DNA of 64,000 nucleotides from an uncultured bacterium (lineage in GTDB: Bacteria; Chloroflexota; UBA5177; JANWHV01): positions 384,001-448,000 of the forward strand of contig CAWHAE010000012.1 in NCBI GenBank assembly GCA_963827235.1, in the 5' to 3' direction. Every line of letters starts with the position of its first letter. Positions within the stretch are counted from its first letter, which is position 1. The position numbers and the translations under genes were made by a program. Positions 62,527 to 64,000 of the stretch are shown here, in pieces. The notes under the pieces were generated by a model, which saw nothing but the letters and a program-made list of their open reading frames with translations, was not told the DNA's origin and ran no database searches.

Positions 62527-63687
62527 TCAGGTCCCCCACTCGCCCTCGTCCTGCACTGCTTCACGCACGGGTACCGGTTGCCGCCCGAAGCCTCGCACCA
62601 GGGCCGCTGTCACGCTCTCGAGCTCAAAGCGCAACCGCAGCAGCATCGAGTACCAGCAGGTGATACAGTACTCGCCCATCAGGTCAAGCGTGCCGCTTGC
62701 TGCCATCACCACGATACCGAGCTTGGAAATCGGATCGAGTGCGCGGAGCGCCAGTACCGCGGCCGCACAGGAGGGTGTGGGAACGCCCGTGGAGTGAGAC
62801 AAGAGGACGATCAGCGCGCCGTCCCTGACACCGACTCCGGACGGCACAAAGAAGGCGAGGGAGCCGATCGCAGCCGCCACTGCCGAGGCGCCAAGCACGT
62901 CCATCAGGTTGACAGAAGTGGCCGGATCCAGGCCCGACAGCAGCGCGTAGAGCACCATGGTGCCGGCTAGCCAGGCGGCTGCCGACCAGGGCACGAGGCA
63001 CAGTACGCTGCCGAGCCCGAGGCGCAGGCCGCCGCCGGCATTCTCGGCCCGCGCACTGCACACCATCTTGCCGCAGAACCGGCGCGAGAACGCACCTGCC
63101 GTCCGGTCGGCTGATACCAGCAGCCACAGACTGGCCAGCATGCACGCCCCCAGTCCGGCAAATGCCCAGGCCACGGCAGCCACGTCATGCCCGCCGATCA
63201 GGGGCAAGGCATCGCGCATCCCGGGTTGTGAAACGAGCAGCAGCCCGATCGGTGCCCACACCAGCACGCCGCAGAGTCCCAGCGCATTGGCCATGAGCAC
63301 GACGATCGCTGCCCGTCCGGGCTGCACTCCGCGACGTCGCAGATAGACAATACCGCCGACCGTGGAGCCGGCCGCATTGCCTATATAGCTTGCCAGACCG
63401 GATCCGGCGAAGGCACTCAACCCCGTGCTCAGCGGCAGTCTGTGGCCCATGCGGCTCAAGATCTTGCACCACATCACGCCGCTCAAAAGCGCAGAGAGGC
63501 CTGTGAGGGCGAGAACGGCAACCACCGACTCGGGCCTGAGGAGGCCGAATGTCTTGGCCATCGGCAGCACGTAGCTATGCACGCTGCCTGTAGCGACTAT
63601 CACCGCACCCGCCGCCGTTGTGAGCAGCGACAGGAGCAGGATACGGCGCAGCACAAGCCGAGACATGACGAGTACTCCGAACTTCAC
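62527..63687 (-). CDS. Lysylphosphatidylglycerol synthase TM-domain/flippase-like (UPF0104) membrane protein
   Basis: About 8-9 TMs; W..IL...G, FFVPSGVGVRDG, A.VL..R. Confidence 0.8.
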   Translation of the reverse strand: MKFGVLVMSRLVLRRILLLSLLTTAAGAVIVATGSVHSYVLPMAKTFGLLRPESVVAVLALTGLSALLSGVMWCKILSRMGHRLPLSTGLSAFAGSGLASYIGNAAGSTVGGIVYLRRRGVQPGRAAIVVLMANALGLCGVLVWAPIGLLLVSQPGMRDALPLIGGHDVAAVAWAFAGLGACMLASLWLLVSADRTAGAFSRRFCGKMVCSARAENAGGGLRLGLGSVLCLVPWSAAAWLAGTMVLYALLSGLDPATSVNLMDVLGASAVAAAIGSLAFFVPSGVGVRDGALIVLLSHSTGVPTPSCAAAVLALRALDPISKLGIVVMAASGTLDLMGEYCITCWYSMLLRLRFELESVTAALVRGFGRQPVPVREAVQDEGEWGT

Positions 63688-63976
63688 GACGCGAAGGCGC
63701 TGTGCGTGCGGCGCCGGGACGACGGCGCCTGTGAGGAACTTTACACACCTACAGTAACACGGTATGCGTTAATCACCCGTGAACGCGGCGTGACAGGAAG
63801 GTGAAAAGCGTGCTCTTCGGCACCTCCACGCACGTGGCTCGGGCATCTGCCGAGCCGCGCCGCCGCGACGGCCGGGCGTCGATTTGCGGGGGGTGTTGTC
63901 CACCGGCTACCCACCCGGTATCCCTTCCTGGACAAGTACAATTGTGCCTGCTTGAAATGAGGCCAAGGGAGGGACC

Positions 63977-64000
63977 GTGGACGCTGCCGACAAGACCTAC
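63977..64000 (+). CDS. Start of a gene running off the window
   Basis: GGGAGGGA RBS, GTG start, TACAAT -10 at 63937-63942. Confidence 0.45.

Overview
This is a high-GC (roughly two-thirds G+C) bacterial chromosomal window. Gene content and style (rodZ-like/yajQ/pgsA, zwf-opcA-pgl, an Ig-repeat surface protein, TANNNT promoters with apparent leaderless starts) suggest Chloroflexota or a related Terrabacteria lineage; this is inference only. I saw no rRNA, tRNA, CRISPR array, prophage or transposase. Housekeeping genes (yajQ, pgsA, rplS, YraN family, ltaE, tag, an rRNA methyltransferase) are mixed with envelope genes and a large carbohydrate-catabolic region. That region has the oxidative pentose phosphate operon, a ROK-regulated sugar isomerase, and a LacI-regulated sugar ABC transporter with PMI, ROK kinases and an SIS isomerase. 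The best candidate for an undescribed system is a minus-strand four-gene cluster at 55.7-61.1 kb. It encodes a very divergent RuBisCO-like protein (KEDE motif), a PMI-like cupin, a UroD/MtaA-family protein and a PHP-like metallohydrolase. Also notable: an in-frame O-antigen-ligase/glutamine-synthetase-like fusion with a degenerate metal site; a ferredoxin tandem duplication that kept its promoter but changed its Fe-S ligand spacing; and a structured rplS leader. Several single-base frameshift or nonsense lesions may be assembly errors. All family assignments come from reading motifs by eye, not from database searches.
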